NCBI GenBank assembly: GCA_965223705.1
Contig: OZ245015.1
Span: 1,952,001 to 2,016,000 of the forward strand
Direction: 5' to 3'
Length of the DNA stretch: 64,000 nucleotides
Source: Myxococcota bacterium
GTDB lineage: Bacteria; Myxococcota_A; UBA9160; UBA6930
Made by a program: the position numbers and the translations under genes
Notes under the pieces: generated by a model
What the model saw: the letters and a program-made list of their open reading frames with translations, nothing else
The model's database searches: none
What the model was told of the DNA's origin: nothing
In this document: positions 37,386 through 47,785 of the stretch, piece by piece
How the letters are laid out: each line of letters opens with the position of its first letter
Numbering within the stretch: position 1 is the first letter of the stretch

Positions 37386-40300
37386 ACCGAGCTATCGCCT
37401 GGTTCGCCGAGAACAGCGTCGCCGCGAACTTGCTCATGATCGGCGTCGTGGTCGCCGGACTGATGACGTTGCCGACGATTCGCCAGGAAGTGTTCCCCGA
37501 GACGAGCACGGATCGAATCACGATCTCCGTTCCGTACCCCGGTGCCGCGCCCGAAGAAGTCGAAGAAGGCATCACGGTCCGTATCGAAGAGCAGCTCCTC
37601 GGGATCGATGGCATCAAACGCGTGACGTCCACTTCGAGCGAGGGGGCGAGCTCGGTCGTCGCAGAGCTCTACGAAGACGCGGATTCGAGCCGCGTTCTCG
37701 ACGACATCAAGAATCGCGTCGATTCGATCGATACGTTTCCACTCGACGCCGAAGAACCGATCGTTCAAGAGCTGGTTCTGCGCGCCCAGGTCCTGAATAT
37801 CGCCATTGCGGGGGATGTCGACGAGCGGACGCTCAAGGTGCTCGCCCAGCGGGTGCGCGACGAGCTCACCTCGCTCGACGAGATCACGCACGTCGAAGTC
37901 GTCGTGGCGAGACCCTTCGAGATGTCGATCGAAGTCTCCGAGGATGCGCTGCGCCGCTACGACTTGACGTTCGACGAAGTCGTTGCGGCCGTTCGCGCGC
38001 GATCGGTGGACTTGCCCGGCGGCTCCATCAAGACGCGCGGCGGAGAGATCCTGCTGCGCAGCAAAGGGCAGGCGTACGACGGCCACGACTTCTCGAGCAT
38101 TCCGCTCCGGAGCGAAGCCGATGGACGACGCTTGCTCGTGGGCGACGTCGCGGAAGTCGTCGACGGTTTTCGCGATACCGATCAAGCGGCGCGGTTCGAC
38201 GGCCAACGCGCCGTTCTCGTCCAGGTGTTCCGGGTCGGCGAGCAGAACGCCCTGCGCATCGCGGATCGCGTGCGGGACTACATCGAGACCGCCGCGGCGA
38301 GGATGCCGACCGGCGTCACACTCACGATCTGGCAGGATGACAGCGAGTTGCTGCGCGGGCGCCGGGATCTCCTCCTGCGCAACGGTCGCGACGGGTTCTT
38401 GCTCGTCATCCTCGTCCTCGCGCTCTTCCTGCGGGCGCGCGTCGCGTTCTGGGTGGCTGTCGGCGTACCGATCGCGCTTCTGGGAACGCTCTGGGTCATG
38501 CCGAGCTGGGGTGTTTCGATCAATTTGCTCTCGCTCTTCGCGTTCATCGTCGTGCTGGGCATCCTGGTCGACGACGCGATCGTGACGGGCGAAAACATCT
38601 TTCGGCACCAGGAGAACGGGCTGCCACAACTCGAGGCTGCCAAGAAAGGGACCCAAGAGATCGTCGTGCCCGTCGTATTCGGGGTTCTCACGACCATGGC
38701 GGCTTTCGCCCCGATGTTGACGATGCCGGGCCCCTTCGGCCGGATCATTCGCGTGATCCCAGCCGTGGTGTTGACGGCGCTCGCGTTCTCGCTCATCGAG
38801 ACGAAGTTCATCCTTCCCGCTCATCTGGGACACAGTCGCTCGCCGGGCGGGGGTGGACCGAAGTTCTGGCAACGGTTTCAGGACGGGATCTCGAGGCGCC
38901 TCACGAATTTTGTCGAGCGGCGCTACCGCCCGTTTCTGACAAAGGCCTTGGATCACCGCTGGTTGACGCTCGCGATCGCATTCTCCGTGGTCGTCGTCAC
39001 GGCGGGTTACATCGCGAGTGGGCGGATCCAGTTCGCGTTCTTCCCGCGCGTCGAAGGTGACGACGTCGTCGCGGTGTTGACGATGCCCGTGGGCACGCCG
39101 GTGGAACAGACCAGCCGCGCCATCGCGCGACTCGAAGAGACGGCCGCCGAGTTGATTCGCGAAAGCGATCGGCGCTGGCCACCGGAAGCTGTACCGAGCA
39201 ACGCCCGACACGTCCTCGCGACGATCGGGGAACAACCCTACCGAGTGCGTCAATCGAGGACGCCCGCCGGCGGCAGCGCCGCCGGTACGGGCGGGCACAC
39301 CGGCGAAGTCCACATCGAGCTGTATCCCTCCGAACAGCGGGCGGCGAGCGCGGAGCGCATGGAAAACCTGTGGCGGGAGCTCACCGGCGCGATTCCCGAC
39401 GCGCGGGAGCTCGAGTTCACGTCGTCGCTCATCTCCGCGGGCGATGCGATTCACATCCAGCTGCGGGGCGCGAAGACGGAATCCCTGCGAGCCGCTGCGA
39501 CGGACGTCCGGAATCGGCTGGCGAGATATCCGGGGGTCTTCGACGTCGCGGACTCGTTCCGCGACGGGAAACGCGAGCTCAAGCTGCGGATCTTGCCGTC
39601 CGCCGAGGCGCTCGGAATCACCCTGCGCGATTTGGGTCGGCAAGTGCGGCAGGCGTTCTACGGCGCGGAAGTTCAGAAGATTCAGCGCGGACGCGACGAG
39701 CTGCGGGTGATGGTTCGTTACCCCGAAGCGGCTCGGCGCTCGCTCGGCGATATCGAGACGATGAGGATCCGCTTGCCCGACGCGACGGCGGTTCCCTTTT
39801 CCGCCGTGGCCCAGGTCGAACTCTCCCGGGGCTTCGCGTCGATCCGCCACAACGAGCGCCAGCGCGTGATCGACGTGACCGCCGACGTCGATCCGACCCA
39901 GGCCAACGCGAACGAAGTCATCGCCGACCTACGGGCAAAGGAGCTCCCGGCGATTCTCGCGCAGTACGAAGGCGTGGGCTTCACCTTCGAAGGCGAACAG
40001 CGGGAGCAGGCCGACACCATGGCGAACTTCCGCAGGGGCTTTGCGTTGTCGCTGATCGCGATCTTCGCTCTGCTCGCGATCCCGCTGCGTTCCTACGTCC
40101 AACCGCTGGTCGTCATGTCGGCGATCCCGTTCGGTTTCGTCGGTGCGGTTTGGGGCCACGTCCTCACCGGACGCGACCTCAGCATGCTTTCGGTGATCGG
40201 AATTCTCGCCGCGGCCGGTGTGGTGGTAAACGACAGCTTGGTCCTCGTAAGCTTCGTCAACCGCCGCCGCCGCGAAGGTCTCGGGGCGCGGGAGAGCGTC

Positions 40301-40567
40301 GTCGAGGCCGGAGTCGCGCGCTTCCGCGCGATTTTGCTGACGTCGCTCACCACGTTCCTCGGACTCACCCCGATCATGTTGGAGCAGAGCCTCCAGGCGC
40401 AGTTCCTGATTCCGATGGCGATTTCGCTGGCGTACGGCGTCGGCTTCGCGACTTTCGTCACGCTTCTCGTCGTCCCGAGCATGACGCTGGCGCTCGGCGA
40501 TCTTCCGGGGCTCCGGGGGTACCACGCGGGTGTCACGGCGAAGGGTGGCTTGACGGAATCCGCGTGA
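37382..40567 (+). CDS. RND efflux permease (AcrB/AcrD/AcrF family)
   Basis: YPGAAPEEVE, GILVDDAIV..EN, RFRAILLTSLTT; GTGA overlap. Confidence 0.95.
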   Translation: MNRAIAWFAENSVAANLLMIGVVVAGLMTLPTIRQEVFPETSTDRITISVPYPGAAPEEVEEGITVRIEEQLLGIDGIKRVTSTSSEGASSVVAELYEDADSSRVLDDIKNRVDSIDTFPLDAEEPIVQELVLRAQVLNIAIAGDVDERTLKVLAQRVRDELTSLDEITHVEVVVARPFEMSIEVSEDALRRYDLTFDEVVAAVRARSVDLPGGSIKTRGGEILLRSKGQAYDGHDFSSIPLRSEADGRRLLVGDVAEVVDGFRDTDQAARFDGQRAVLVQVFRVGEQNALRIADRVRDYIETAAARMPTGVTLTIWQDDSELLRGRRDLLLRNGRDGFLLVILVLALFLRARVAFWVAVGVPIALLGTLWVMPSWGVSINLLSLFAFIVVLGILVDDAIVTGENIFRHQENGLPQLEAAKKGTQEIVVPVVFGVLTTMAAFAPMLTMPGPFGRIIRVIPAVVLTALAFSLIETKFILPAHLGHSRSPGGGGPKFWQRFQDGISRRLTNFVERRYRPFLTKALDHRWLTLAIAFSVVVVTAGYIASGRIQFAFFPRVEGDDVVAVLTMPVGTPVEQTSRAIARLEETAAELIRESDRRWPPEAVPSNARHVLATIGEQPYRVRQSRTPAGGSAAGTGGHTGEVHIELYPSEQRAASAERMENLWRELTGAIPDARELEFTSSLISAGDAIHIQLRGAKTESLRAAATDVRNRLARYPGVFDVADSFRDGKRELKLRILPSAEALGITLRDLGRQVRQAFYGAEVQKIQRGRDELRVMVRYPEAARRSLGDIETMRIRLPDATAVPFSAVAQVELSRGFASIRHNERQRVIDVTADVDPTQANANEVIADLRAKELPAILAQYEGVGFTFEGEQREQADTMANFRRGFALSLIAIFALLAIPLRSYVQPLVVMSAIPFGFVGAVWGHVLTGRDLSMLSVIGILAAAGVVVNDSLVLVSFVNRRRREGLGARESVVEAGVARFRAILLTSLTTFLGLTPIMLEQSLQAQFLIPMAISLAYGVGFATFVTLLVVPSMTLALGDLPGLRGYHAGVTAKGGLTESA

Positions 40568-41702
40568 GGAGGACGAGCCAGGCCGCGATCGTCGCGAGCC
40601 CGGTAACGGCAAACACCGCGGGATAACCGCGCGCCTCCGCGAGAACGCCGAGCAGTAGACAACCGACCGCCACCCCGACGCTGAACCAAGCCTGGAAGAA
40701 CGCGATCACTTTCCCGCGGTCTTCCGGGAGTGCCGCGCCGAGCGCGACCGCGCTGAACGATGGGTAGAACAGTCCGTGGGCGAAGCCGAAGAGAGCGCCG
40801 ACCGGGATCAGCGTTTCGGGGCGCAACGCGGCCATCGCGAAGATTGAAGCGGCGTAGAGGAGGAGGTTCGCCAGCGCGACGCGCCGGTGCCCCCAACCAT
40901 CGACCCAGCCGCCGAGGACGACGCGGACGGCCACCGCGGCGATGGCGTACGCGATGAAGTAGCCGCCGACCCGTTCCATCCCCAGCTCGAGCGCGAACGG
41001 GATCTGGAACGTGGTCATCGCCCCAAAGGCCGCTCCGACGACCGTGATCACGCCGAAGATCGGTCGCAGCGCGGGCCGGGTCATGACGGCCATCAACGTC
41101 GAGCGCTGCGTCGTTCCGGAATGCTCAGCGTGTCGCGGTTCCCGAATTCGCGAGGCGAGGGCGGCGCACAAGAGCGCCATGATCGCAGCGACGACAAAAG
41201 TCGCTTCCCAACCGCGCCACTCGGCCAACCGCTCGCCGAGGGTTGCGGCTGCCGCGTTCATCCCGAGCATCGTCACACCGAACAGGCCGATGGCTTGCGC
41301 GGTGCGGGTCGGTGGCGCGAGATCGACACACAGGGTGGCTCCGGCAGAGACCGCGAGGGCGAAGGCGATGCCCTGAACGACGCGCAACGCGTACAGCAGG
41401 GGGCCGATTTCCGAGACCGCGACGAGCGCGGAGCTCGCGACCGCCATCAGGACGGAGCCGCCCACCATGAACACGGTTCGTCCGAAACGATCCACCAAGA
41501 CACCGGCCGCGAGGAGGCCCACGACAGCGGCGATTGCGTGCAAGGTCGTGACGACACCGACTTCGAAAGGACCGGCGGAGAGCGCCTCCGTGACGAACTT
41601 CGGAACCAGGTAGAAGGTCGAGAAGGCGTACCCAAAGCAAGCCTGTGCGGCGAGCAGCAAGACGAGGTCCGCGCTCCAGAACGGCTCCTGCCGGGGATTC
41701 AA
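40533..41702 (-). CDS. MFS transporter
   Basis: GVLVDRFGR motif A; about 12 TMs. Confidence 0.88.
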   Translation of the reverse strand: MNPRQEPFWSADLVLLLAAQACFGYAFSTFYLVPKFVTEALSAGPFEVGVVTTLHAIAAVVGLLAAGVLVDRFGRTVFMVGGSVLMAVASSALVAVSEIGPLLYALRVVQGIAFALAVSAGATLCVDLAPPTRTAQAIGLFGVTMLGMNAAAATLGERLAEWRGWEATFVVAAIMALLCAALASRIREPRHAEHSGTTQRSTLMAVMTRPALRPIFGVITVVGAAFGAMTTFQIPFALELGMERVGGYFIAYAIAAVAVRVVLGGWVDGWGHRRVALANLLLYAASIFAMAALRPETLIPVGALFGFAHGLFYPSFSAVALGAALPEDRGKVIAFFQAWFSVGVAVGCLLLGVLAEARGYPAVFAVTGLATIAAWLVLLTRIPSSHPSP

Positions 41703-41908
41703 TGCTGTCGTTCGCGTTCGGTCTCGACCCGGATCCGATTCTCGAGTCGCGCGATGACCCGAAGGATGCGGTGCTCGTGGACGTCGTTTCCGCCACGTCC
41801 GTCGGCGCGGAGAGGGGCTTCGACCCGGCGAAGCTCCACACGCGTGGTCAGCCGGTCTCGTCGCATCTGCAGACGATGCAGTACGGGATTCTCGGATTGG
41901 GGGGTCAA
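41699..41908 (-). CDS. Small basic helical protein (69 aa)
   Basis: AAGGAAG SD before TTG; its TGA overlaps the MFS start. Confidence 0.5.
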   Translation of the reverse strand: MTPQSENPVLHRLQMRRDRLTTRVELRRVEAPLRADGRGGNDVHEHRILRVIARLENRIRVETERERQH

Positions 41909-41930
41909 CCAGGCTTCCTTCAGCTGCAGC

Positions 41931-42377
41931 TCAGCTCGTGAATTCTCTCGGCTCGCGAAGATGGCGGCGCAGTTCGTCGATCACAGCCGTCTGGTCTTCG
42001 AGCAGCGCGTTGACGACGTCGCCGATGGACACCATCCCGATCGCACGTCCACCGTCTTCGACCACCAGATGGCGAGTCCGGTGATCGGTCATCAGACGCA
42101 TCGCGCTTTCGAGGGAGCACTCCGGCGCGATCCTCTGCACGACGGGGTTCATGATGTCGGAAACCCTCGCGTGGATCAGGTCGTCCTTACTGTGCGCAAC
42201 GCGCCACACGTAGTCGCGCTCGGTCAAGATCCCGTAGATGCGATCCTCTTCCTTCACCAGCAGGGATCCGACGTCGCGTCGCGCCATGAGTTGAAGCGCG
42301 TTCCAGATCGGCGACCCCGGTGTGGTCGTGAAGATCGCGTAACCCTTGTGGTCGAGGATGGCCTGTATGGAATGCAT
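41931..42377 (-). CDS. CBS-pair domain protein
   Basis: GILTERDY, MTDHRTRHL.V, GMVSIGDVV; SD AAGGAGG. Confidence 0.9.
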   Translation of the reverse strand: MHSIQAILDHKGYAIFTTTPGSPIWNALQLMARRDVGSLLVKEEDRIYGILTERDYVWRVAHSKDDLIHARVSDIMNPVVQRIAPECSLESAMRLMTDHRTRHLVVEDGGRAIGMVSIGDVVNALLEDQTAVIDELRRHLREPREFTS

Positions 42378-42413
42378 GGCTCCTCCTTGCGCATCGAAAA
42401 GATGCCATAGAAC

Positions 42414-42429
42414 GCAAGGTGTGCGCCGG
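42414..42429 (-). promoter_or_regulatory. Putative sigma54 promoter of the CBS operon
   Basis: Minus strand CCGGCGCACACCTTGC (GG-N10-GC with TTGC); AT-rich tract upstream at about 42470-42488. Confidence 0.55.
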
Positions 42430-42530
42430 AGAACTGGCGCTCCTCACGCGACAAAAACGCCATCGCACAATGAAAATCTATATTTATCGGCAAGTTCGGT
42501 CGGGTTAGGGCGACATTCGTTGAGAGTTGC

Positions 42531-43826
42531 CTAGTCGACGATCCGTTCTCCCGTCGAAAAGAGCAGCCACACGACGATGCCGAACAAATAGATCCCGGCG
42601 GCCAACAGGAACGCCGATGCCCAGGACCCGGTGCTATCGACCAGAGCACCGGAGACGACCACACCGATGATTCCCGGAATCGTCCCCGCGGTGTTGGTCA
42701 CGCCGAGAAGCGACCCGGCGTACTTCGGCGCGATATCGAGATGGTTGACCGCAAAGCCGACCAGGGCGAACGCACCGAAGAAGAGTGCCGCCGTCATCAC
42801 CGCGACGCCTTGCATCGGCGTGTTGACCATTCCGACGAGGGTGAACGCGGCCGCCGGTCCCACCATTCCGATGGTTTGCATGATGTTCCGCGTCGCCGTG
42901 ACACTCACGCCCCGCGCGATCATGCGATCGGCAATCTGCGCGGCGATGTTGGCCATGACAAACATCGCGACGTAGGGGAGGAAGGAGTAGACGCCGACTT
43001 CCCGGATGTTCACCCCGAGCCCTTCGTTGAAGTACGTGGGAAGCCACGCGAGCATGACGTAGAAACCCCAGTTCGCGCAGAAGTGGTTGATGATCAGCGC
43101 CCAGACGGGGACTTTGCTGAACAGGAGGCGCCAAGGGACGGCAGCCGCTTTCGCGACCTCGGGCAGGCCGCTTCGAATGTGCGCCACCTCGGTCTCGCGG
43201 ATCGTCGGGTGCTCGCTGGGGAGGTCGGTCGTCTTCCACCACCAGAAGAACCACCACACGACGCCCGCCGCCCCGTAGGCGTAGAACACCACGCGCCATC
43301 CCCATTCGGCGACGATCCACGGGGTGAGGAGGAGCGCCGTCACGGTTCCCAAGGAGATGCCGCTGTAGACCAGGGCCGTCGAGCGCGCTTTTTCGGCGAT
43401 CGGGATCCAGCGCCCGAACATGGACAAGACCGCGGGGAAGTTCACGCCTTCGCCCATTCCCATGAGCGCCCGCGTGACCAGTAGCAAGGTCAGGGAAACC
43501 GCCGCAGCCGGCGGCGTCAACATCGTGAAGATCGACCACCAGACGACGCCGAAGCCGAGGACCGCTTTGCCCCCGAAACGGTCCGCCAACCATCCGCCCA
43601 GAATTTGTGTCGCCATGTAGCCGAAGAAGAACGACGACAGCACGAGTCCCTGGGTCGTCTTGTCCCAGCCGAACTCGGTCGCCATCGGAATGATCGCGAC
43701 CGAGATGTTGACGCGGTCGATGTAACAGATGTAGCTCGAAAGGAAGCAGAACCCGACGAGCGTAAAACGCCTCGGCCAGTATTCGCGCAAGGGGGTCGAG
43801 GTCGAAGCTGCGGTGGCGTCGCTCAT
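42531..43826 (-). CDS. MFS transporter, ACS/SLC17 (PHT4-like) family
   Basis: CYIDRVNISVAI, SSFFFGY..TQ.LGG, NHLDIAPKYAG, TNTAGT. Confidence 0.9.
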   Translation of the reverse strand: MSDATAASTSTPLREYWPRRFTLVGFCFLSSYICYIDRVNISVAIIPMATEFGWDKTTQGLVLSSFFFGYMATQILGGWLADRFGGKAVLGFGVVWWSIFTMLTPPAAAVSLTLLLVTRALMGMGEGVNFPAVLSMFGRWIPIAEKARSTALVYSGISLGTVTALLLTPWIVAEWGWRVVFYAYGAAGVVWWFFWWWKTTDLPSEHPTIRETEVAHIRSGLPEVAKAAAVPWRLLFSKVPVWALIINHFCANWGFYVMLAWLPTYFNEGLGVNIREVGVYSFLPYVAMFVMANIAAQIADRMIARGVSVTATRNIMQTIGMVGPAAAFTLVGMVNTPMQGVAVMTAALFFGAFALVGFAVNHLDIAPKYAGSLLGVTNTAGTIPGIIGVVVSGALVDSTGSWASAFLLAAGIYLFGIVVWLLFSTGERIVD

Positions 43827-43885
43827 GAGTTCTCCCGTGGGCGTTCAGCCTACGAGAGTCGTCTCGTGTTCGTACAGGTCTTTTT

Positions 43886-44746
43886 CTAGAGGCCCGCGCT
43901 CGCGTCGCCGAGCGCAGTTAGCCACGAGACGTAGGCCTCGGGCCCCTCCTCGCGTCCGAATGGCTTCGGCATGGCCACCAGTCGGTCGACACCTGCGTCG
44001 CGAAACGCACGCAGTTCATCCCGACTGAGTGATCCCGCCGGCGGCGTGATGCTGATCTCGAGTCGTCCCAGCGCCTCTGGGCGATCGGTATGCGCGCGCA
44101 GCGTCTCGAGAGAGGCCAGCGCTTGCCGCGTCGCTTCGAGATCGAGGGCGAAGCCGTACCAGCCATTTCCGCGAGCGAGAGCGCGGCGTTGTGCGGCTTC
44201 GCTCATGCCACCCACGACGATGGGCGGGTGGGGTTGTTGGACCGGCCTCGGGAAGGCGTTCACCCCTTCGAACGAAACGAACTCGCCCTGGTAGCTCGGC
44301 TTCTCTTGCGTCCACAGGGCCTGGATCGCCTCGACGTACTCGTCGGTCCGCGCGCCTTTTTTATCAAACGAAACGCCGAGGGCGTCGAACTCGGGCTTCA
44401 AGTAGCCCACGCCGATTCCGAAGATCAGCCGGCCTTTCGACAAGACGTCGACGGTCGCGAGCTCTTTGGCGAGGACGGCGGGGTTGCGTTGGGGCACGAT
44501 GATGATGCCCGTCGCGAGTCCGACGCTGTCCGTTTCGGACGCCAGAAACCCGAGCGCCGTGGCGGGATCCATCATGGGGTAGCCCGGCGGAACGGGTGAG
44601 GGCGGAACCTGCGGATCGGGAAGGACGACGTGCTCGCCTGTCCAGAGCGATTCAAAGCCGGCGGTTTCCGCCGCGCGCGCGACGATCGCCATCGCGTCGG
44701 GCTCTGCCAAGGGACCGTTGTTGATGCCGAAGAGCCCGAGCTTCAC
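43886..44746 (-). CDS. LLM class oxidoreductase (putative F420-dependent type)
   Basis: GFESLWTGEHVVLP, LAKELATVDVLSKGRL..G.GVG, PRPVQQPHPPI. Confidence 0.88.
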   Translation of the reverse strand: MKLGLFGINNGPLAEPDAMAIVARAAETAGFESLWTGEHVVLPDPQVPPSPVPPGYPMMDPATALGFLASETDSVGLATGIIIVPQRNPAVLAKELATVDVLSKGRLIFGIGVGYLKPEFDALGVSFDKKGARTDEYVEAIQALWTQEKPSYQGEFVSFEGVNAFPRPVQQPHPPIVVGGMSEAAQRRALARGNGWYGFALDLEATRQALASLETLRAHTDRPEALGRLEISITPPAGSLSRDELRAFRDAGVDRLVAMPKPFGREEGPEAYVSWLTALGDASAGL

Positions 44747-46455
44747 GGTGCGGTTTGCTCGCCGCGGATGAGCTTGCCCGGGAGCGCGCCCGTCGGCTCG
44801 CCGTCTTGAAAGGTCACTTCGCCAGACACCACGGTCGCGCGGTAGCCGCTCGAGCGTTGCACGAGCCGGCGACTCTCGCCCGGGAGGTCGTAGACCATTT
44901 CCGGAGGGCGCAGGCCCAACGCCTCGTAATCGATCAGGTTGACGTCGGCCTTCATGCCCGGTGCGAGCAGGCCTCGGTCGTTCAATCCGTAGAGCTCGGC
45001 GGTTTTGCGCGTCTGATTCGCCACGACCCATTCGAGCGGGAGGCGTTCGCCGCGCGACCGGTCGCGGGTCCAGTGTGTCAGCATGAATGTCGGCGTGCTG
45101 GCGTCGCAAATGACGCCGCAGTGGGCGCCGCCGTCCGAAAGTCCAAGCCTCGTCTGCGGGTGCACCAGCATCTCCCGAATTGGCTCGAAGTCGAACTGCG
45201 AGTAGCCAAAGAGCGGGAAATAGAGGAGCTCCGTGCCGCCCCGCTGAAGGAGCAGATCGTACGCGACGTCTGCGGGCTCGCGTCCCTCGCGCTCAGCGAT
45301 CGCTTTCACGCTCTGTTCGGGCGCCGGCTCGTAGTTCGGCGGGTCACCCAACGGGAAGAGCTTGTGGAAGCTGCTCGTGATGTAGGAAGCGAGGGGGAAG
45401 TTGTAGGTCACTTCCTCGGCCAGCATGCGGGCCTTCACTTCCGGCTTGCTGAGTTCCGCGACGCGTTGCGCGAGCGGAAGATGTCGCAGCGCCTTGTACG
45501 TTCGATGCGAAACGAAGGGATGGATCGTCGCTTCGAGGCCGAGCAGGAGACCCGCCGGCCGTCCGGCGACCTGGGGGACGACCAGCGCTCCCTCGGCGTT
45601 CGCCGCTTCCGTGAGCTCGAGGACCCGCTGCCACTGGGTCGGGTCCAGGTCGTTTTGAAGCAGCGCGAACGTGATCGGTCGGCCGACCTCACGCGAGAGC
45701 CGCGTCACCCAATCGAGCTCTCGACCCTCGGGCATCAGGTCCGACGCCATCTCGAAGACGCCACAACCCGCGCGCCCGAGAGCGCGACCGATGGCGAAGA
45801 GCTCTTCCTCTCCGGCGAACGTTCCGGGCACCGGCACGCCCTCGATGGATCGGTGGAGCACCGTCCGAGACGTGGTGAACCCGAGCGCTCCGGCGCGCAG
45901 GCCTTCTTCCACGATGGCACCCATGGCTCGGACGTCGTCTTCGGTCGCGACCTCGTTCGCCGCGCCGCGCTCGCCCATCACGTAAGCGCGGACCGCGCCG
46001 TGCGGAACTTGCGCGCCGATGTCGATGGCCAGCGGTTTGCGCTCGAGGGCATCGAGATACTCGGGGAAGCTCTCCCAGGACCAGTCGATGCCCTCCGCGA
46101 GCGCTGCGCCCGGAATGTCCTCGACTCCTTCCATCAACCCGATCAGCCAATCCTGGCGATCGGCACGGGCCGGGGCAAAACCCACCCCGCAATTGCCCAT
46201 GACCACCGAGGTGACTCCGTGCCAGGAAGAGGGCGATAGGAACGGATCCCAGGTCGCTTGCCCGTCGTAGTGGGTGTGAATGTCCACCCAGCCGGGGGTG
46301 ACGCAGAGGCCATCGGCGTCGATGTCGCGACGGGCGGGCCCGGCCTTGCCCTCGGCTGAAACGATCTTGCCGCCTTCGATGGCGATGTCCGCCGTGCGAG
46401 CGGGCTCGCCCGAGCCGTCGATCACCTGGCCACCTCGAATCGCGATGTCGTGCAC
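44743..46455 (-). CDS. Amidohydrolase (N-acyl-D-amino-acid deacylase-like)
   Basis: [29 protein letters not shown]; start VHDIAIRGG after GGAGG. Confidence 0.92.
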   Translation of the reverse strand: MHDIAIRGGQVIDGSGEPARTADIAIEGGKIVSAEGKAGPARRDIDADGLCVTPGWVDIHTHYDGQATWDPFLSPSSWHGVTSVVMGNCGVGFAPARADRQDWLIGLMEGVEDIPGAALAEGIDWSWESFPEYLDALERKPLAIDIGAQVPHGAVRAYVMGERGAANEVATEDDVRAMGAIVEEGLRAGALGFTTSRTVLHRSIEGVPVPGTFAGEEELFAIGRALGRAGCGVFEMASDLMPEGRELDWVTRLSREVGRPITFALLQNDLDPTQWQRVLELTEAANAEGALVVPQVAGRPAGLLLGLEATIHPFVSHRTYKALRHLPLAQRVAELSKPEVKARMLAEEVTYNFPLASYITSSFHKLFPLGDPPNYEPAPEQSVKAIAEREGREPADVAYDLLLQRGGTELLYFPLFGYSQFDFEPIREMLVHPQTRLGLSDGGAHCGVICDASTPTFMLTHWTRDRSRGERLPLEWVVANQTRKTAELYGLNDRGLLAPGMKADVNLIDYEALGLRPPEMVYDLPGESRRLVQRSSGYRATVVSGEVTFQDGEPTGALPGKLIRGEQTAP

Positions 46456-46572
46456 TGTCTGCCTCCGGTTGGTAACGAGACGCAAGGATAGCGGTTCCCT
46501 CGGGGTCCACGGGCCCCCGGTAGGGCCCGCTATATTCAAGCGCGCCGTTCCCGGCGAGCGCGGAGGTTCCAC

Positions 46573-46947
46573 ATGCCGATCAAGGCCCACGAGACGATCG
46601 ATACGCTCAACATTCCCGGGCTGGCCCACCAGACGCTGGTCGGCGCCAAGGACGGGCTCCGAGGTTTTGAAATCTGGCGGCAGACCATCGAAGCCGGTGG
46701 CGAAACGCCGATGCACAAGCACGACTGCGAGGAAGTGATCGTCATTCTCGAAGGCGAGGGAGCCTGCGTGGTCGAAGGGGAGACCGAACCTTTCCGAGCC
46801 GACCAATCCGTGATCGTTCCGCCGAACGTCGTCCACAAGATCTGCAACACCGGCACGGGTCCCTTGCGGTTGATGGCGACGCTCGCGATGGCGCCGGTCC
46901 GGGTGGAGACACCGGACGGCGATCCCATGGCCCTTCCCTGGGATTGA
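46573..46947 (+). CDS. Cupin protein resembling auxin-binding protein 1
   Basis: TPMHKHDCEEV, PPNVVH, C-terminal LPWD; SD GGAGG. Confidence 0.85.
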   Translation: MPIKAHETIDTLNIPGLAHQTLVGAKDGLRGFEIWRQTIEAGGETPMHKHDCEEVIVILEGEGACVVEGETEPFRADQSVIVPPNVVHKICNTGTGPLRLMATLAMAPVRVETPDGDPMALPWD

Positions 46948-46949
46948 GT

Positions 46950-47756
46950 GTGAGCACGGTCGAACGCATCGGATCCGCACCTGCGATCGCCATCGAATCG
47001 GTGGGCGAGGGCGAAGTCGTGTTCTTCATGCACGGCATCGGCGGCAACCGAACGAACTGGCACGGCCAGCTCGAGGCTTTCTCCGGGCTCTACCGGGCGG
47101 TGACCTGGGACGCGCGTGGCTACGGGGACAGCGATGACTACGACGGGCCCCTGCGCTTCTCGGACTTTGCCGACGATCTCGTTCGCGTGCTGGATCGGCT
47201 CGATGTCTCGAAAGCGCACCTGTGTGGGCTGTCGATGGGCGGGCGAATCGCGACAGACTTCTACGAGAGTCACCCCGATCGCGTCGCGAGCCTGATCTTG
47301 TGTGACACGTTTCCGGGCTACGACAACTTGGATCCCGAGCAGCGAGAGGCGTTCGTCCGTTCGCGGAAGGAACCCTTGGTACAAGGCGGGGAGCCGCGCG
47401 ACATCGCGCCCGGCGTCGCGAAGAGCCTGGTGAGTGAGACCGCCGGGCCCGAAGTGGTACAGCAGCTCATCGACTCGATTTCCGCGCTTCACAAAGCGTC
47501 CTACATCAAGGCGATCGAAGCGATGGTCATGTACGAGAAAAGCGCCGCGCTCGAGATGATCGCGGTTCCGACGTTGTTCGTCGTCGGAGCGCACGACCGG
47601 TTGACACCACCCGAGTTGTCGAAAGAGATGGCAGCCCGCGTTCCCGGCGCCGAACTCTGCATCATCGACAATGCGGGTCATTTGACGAACTTGGAGCGTC
47701 CGGAAGCCTTCAACCGCGCCGTCCTCGACTTTCTGTCGAAGCGGGACAACGCGTAG
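46950..47756 (+). CDS. Alpha/beta hydrolase (PcaD/MhpC-like)
   Basis: HGIGG, DARGYG, GLSMGG, HD.LTP, AGHLTNLE. Confidence 0.9.
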   Translation: MSTVERIGSAPAIAIESVGEGEVVFFMHGIGGNRTNWHGQLEAFSGLYRAVTWDARGYGDSDDYDGPLRFSDFADDLVRVLDRLDVSKAHLCGLSMGGRIATDFYESHPDRVASLILCDTFPGYDNLDPEQREAFVRSRKEPLVQGGEPRDIAPGVAKSLVSETAGPEVVQQLIDSISALHKASYIKAIEAMVMYEKSAALEMIAVPTLFVVGAHDRLTPPELSKEMAARVPGAELCIIDNAGHLTNLERPEAFNRAVLDFLSKRDNA

Positions 47757-47785
47757 CCAAACGCCGATCAACCCACGGAGAAACC

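Noticed and set aside
37253..39850. Very long antisense or alternative-frame ORFs (e.g. 37253-39850, 54735-56876, 17181-18848, 22953-24617)
   Set aside because: They shadow well-supported genes, have no motifs, and are expected in high-GC DNA.
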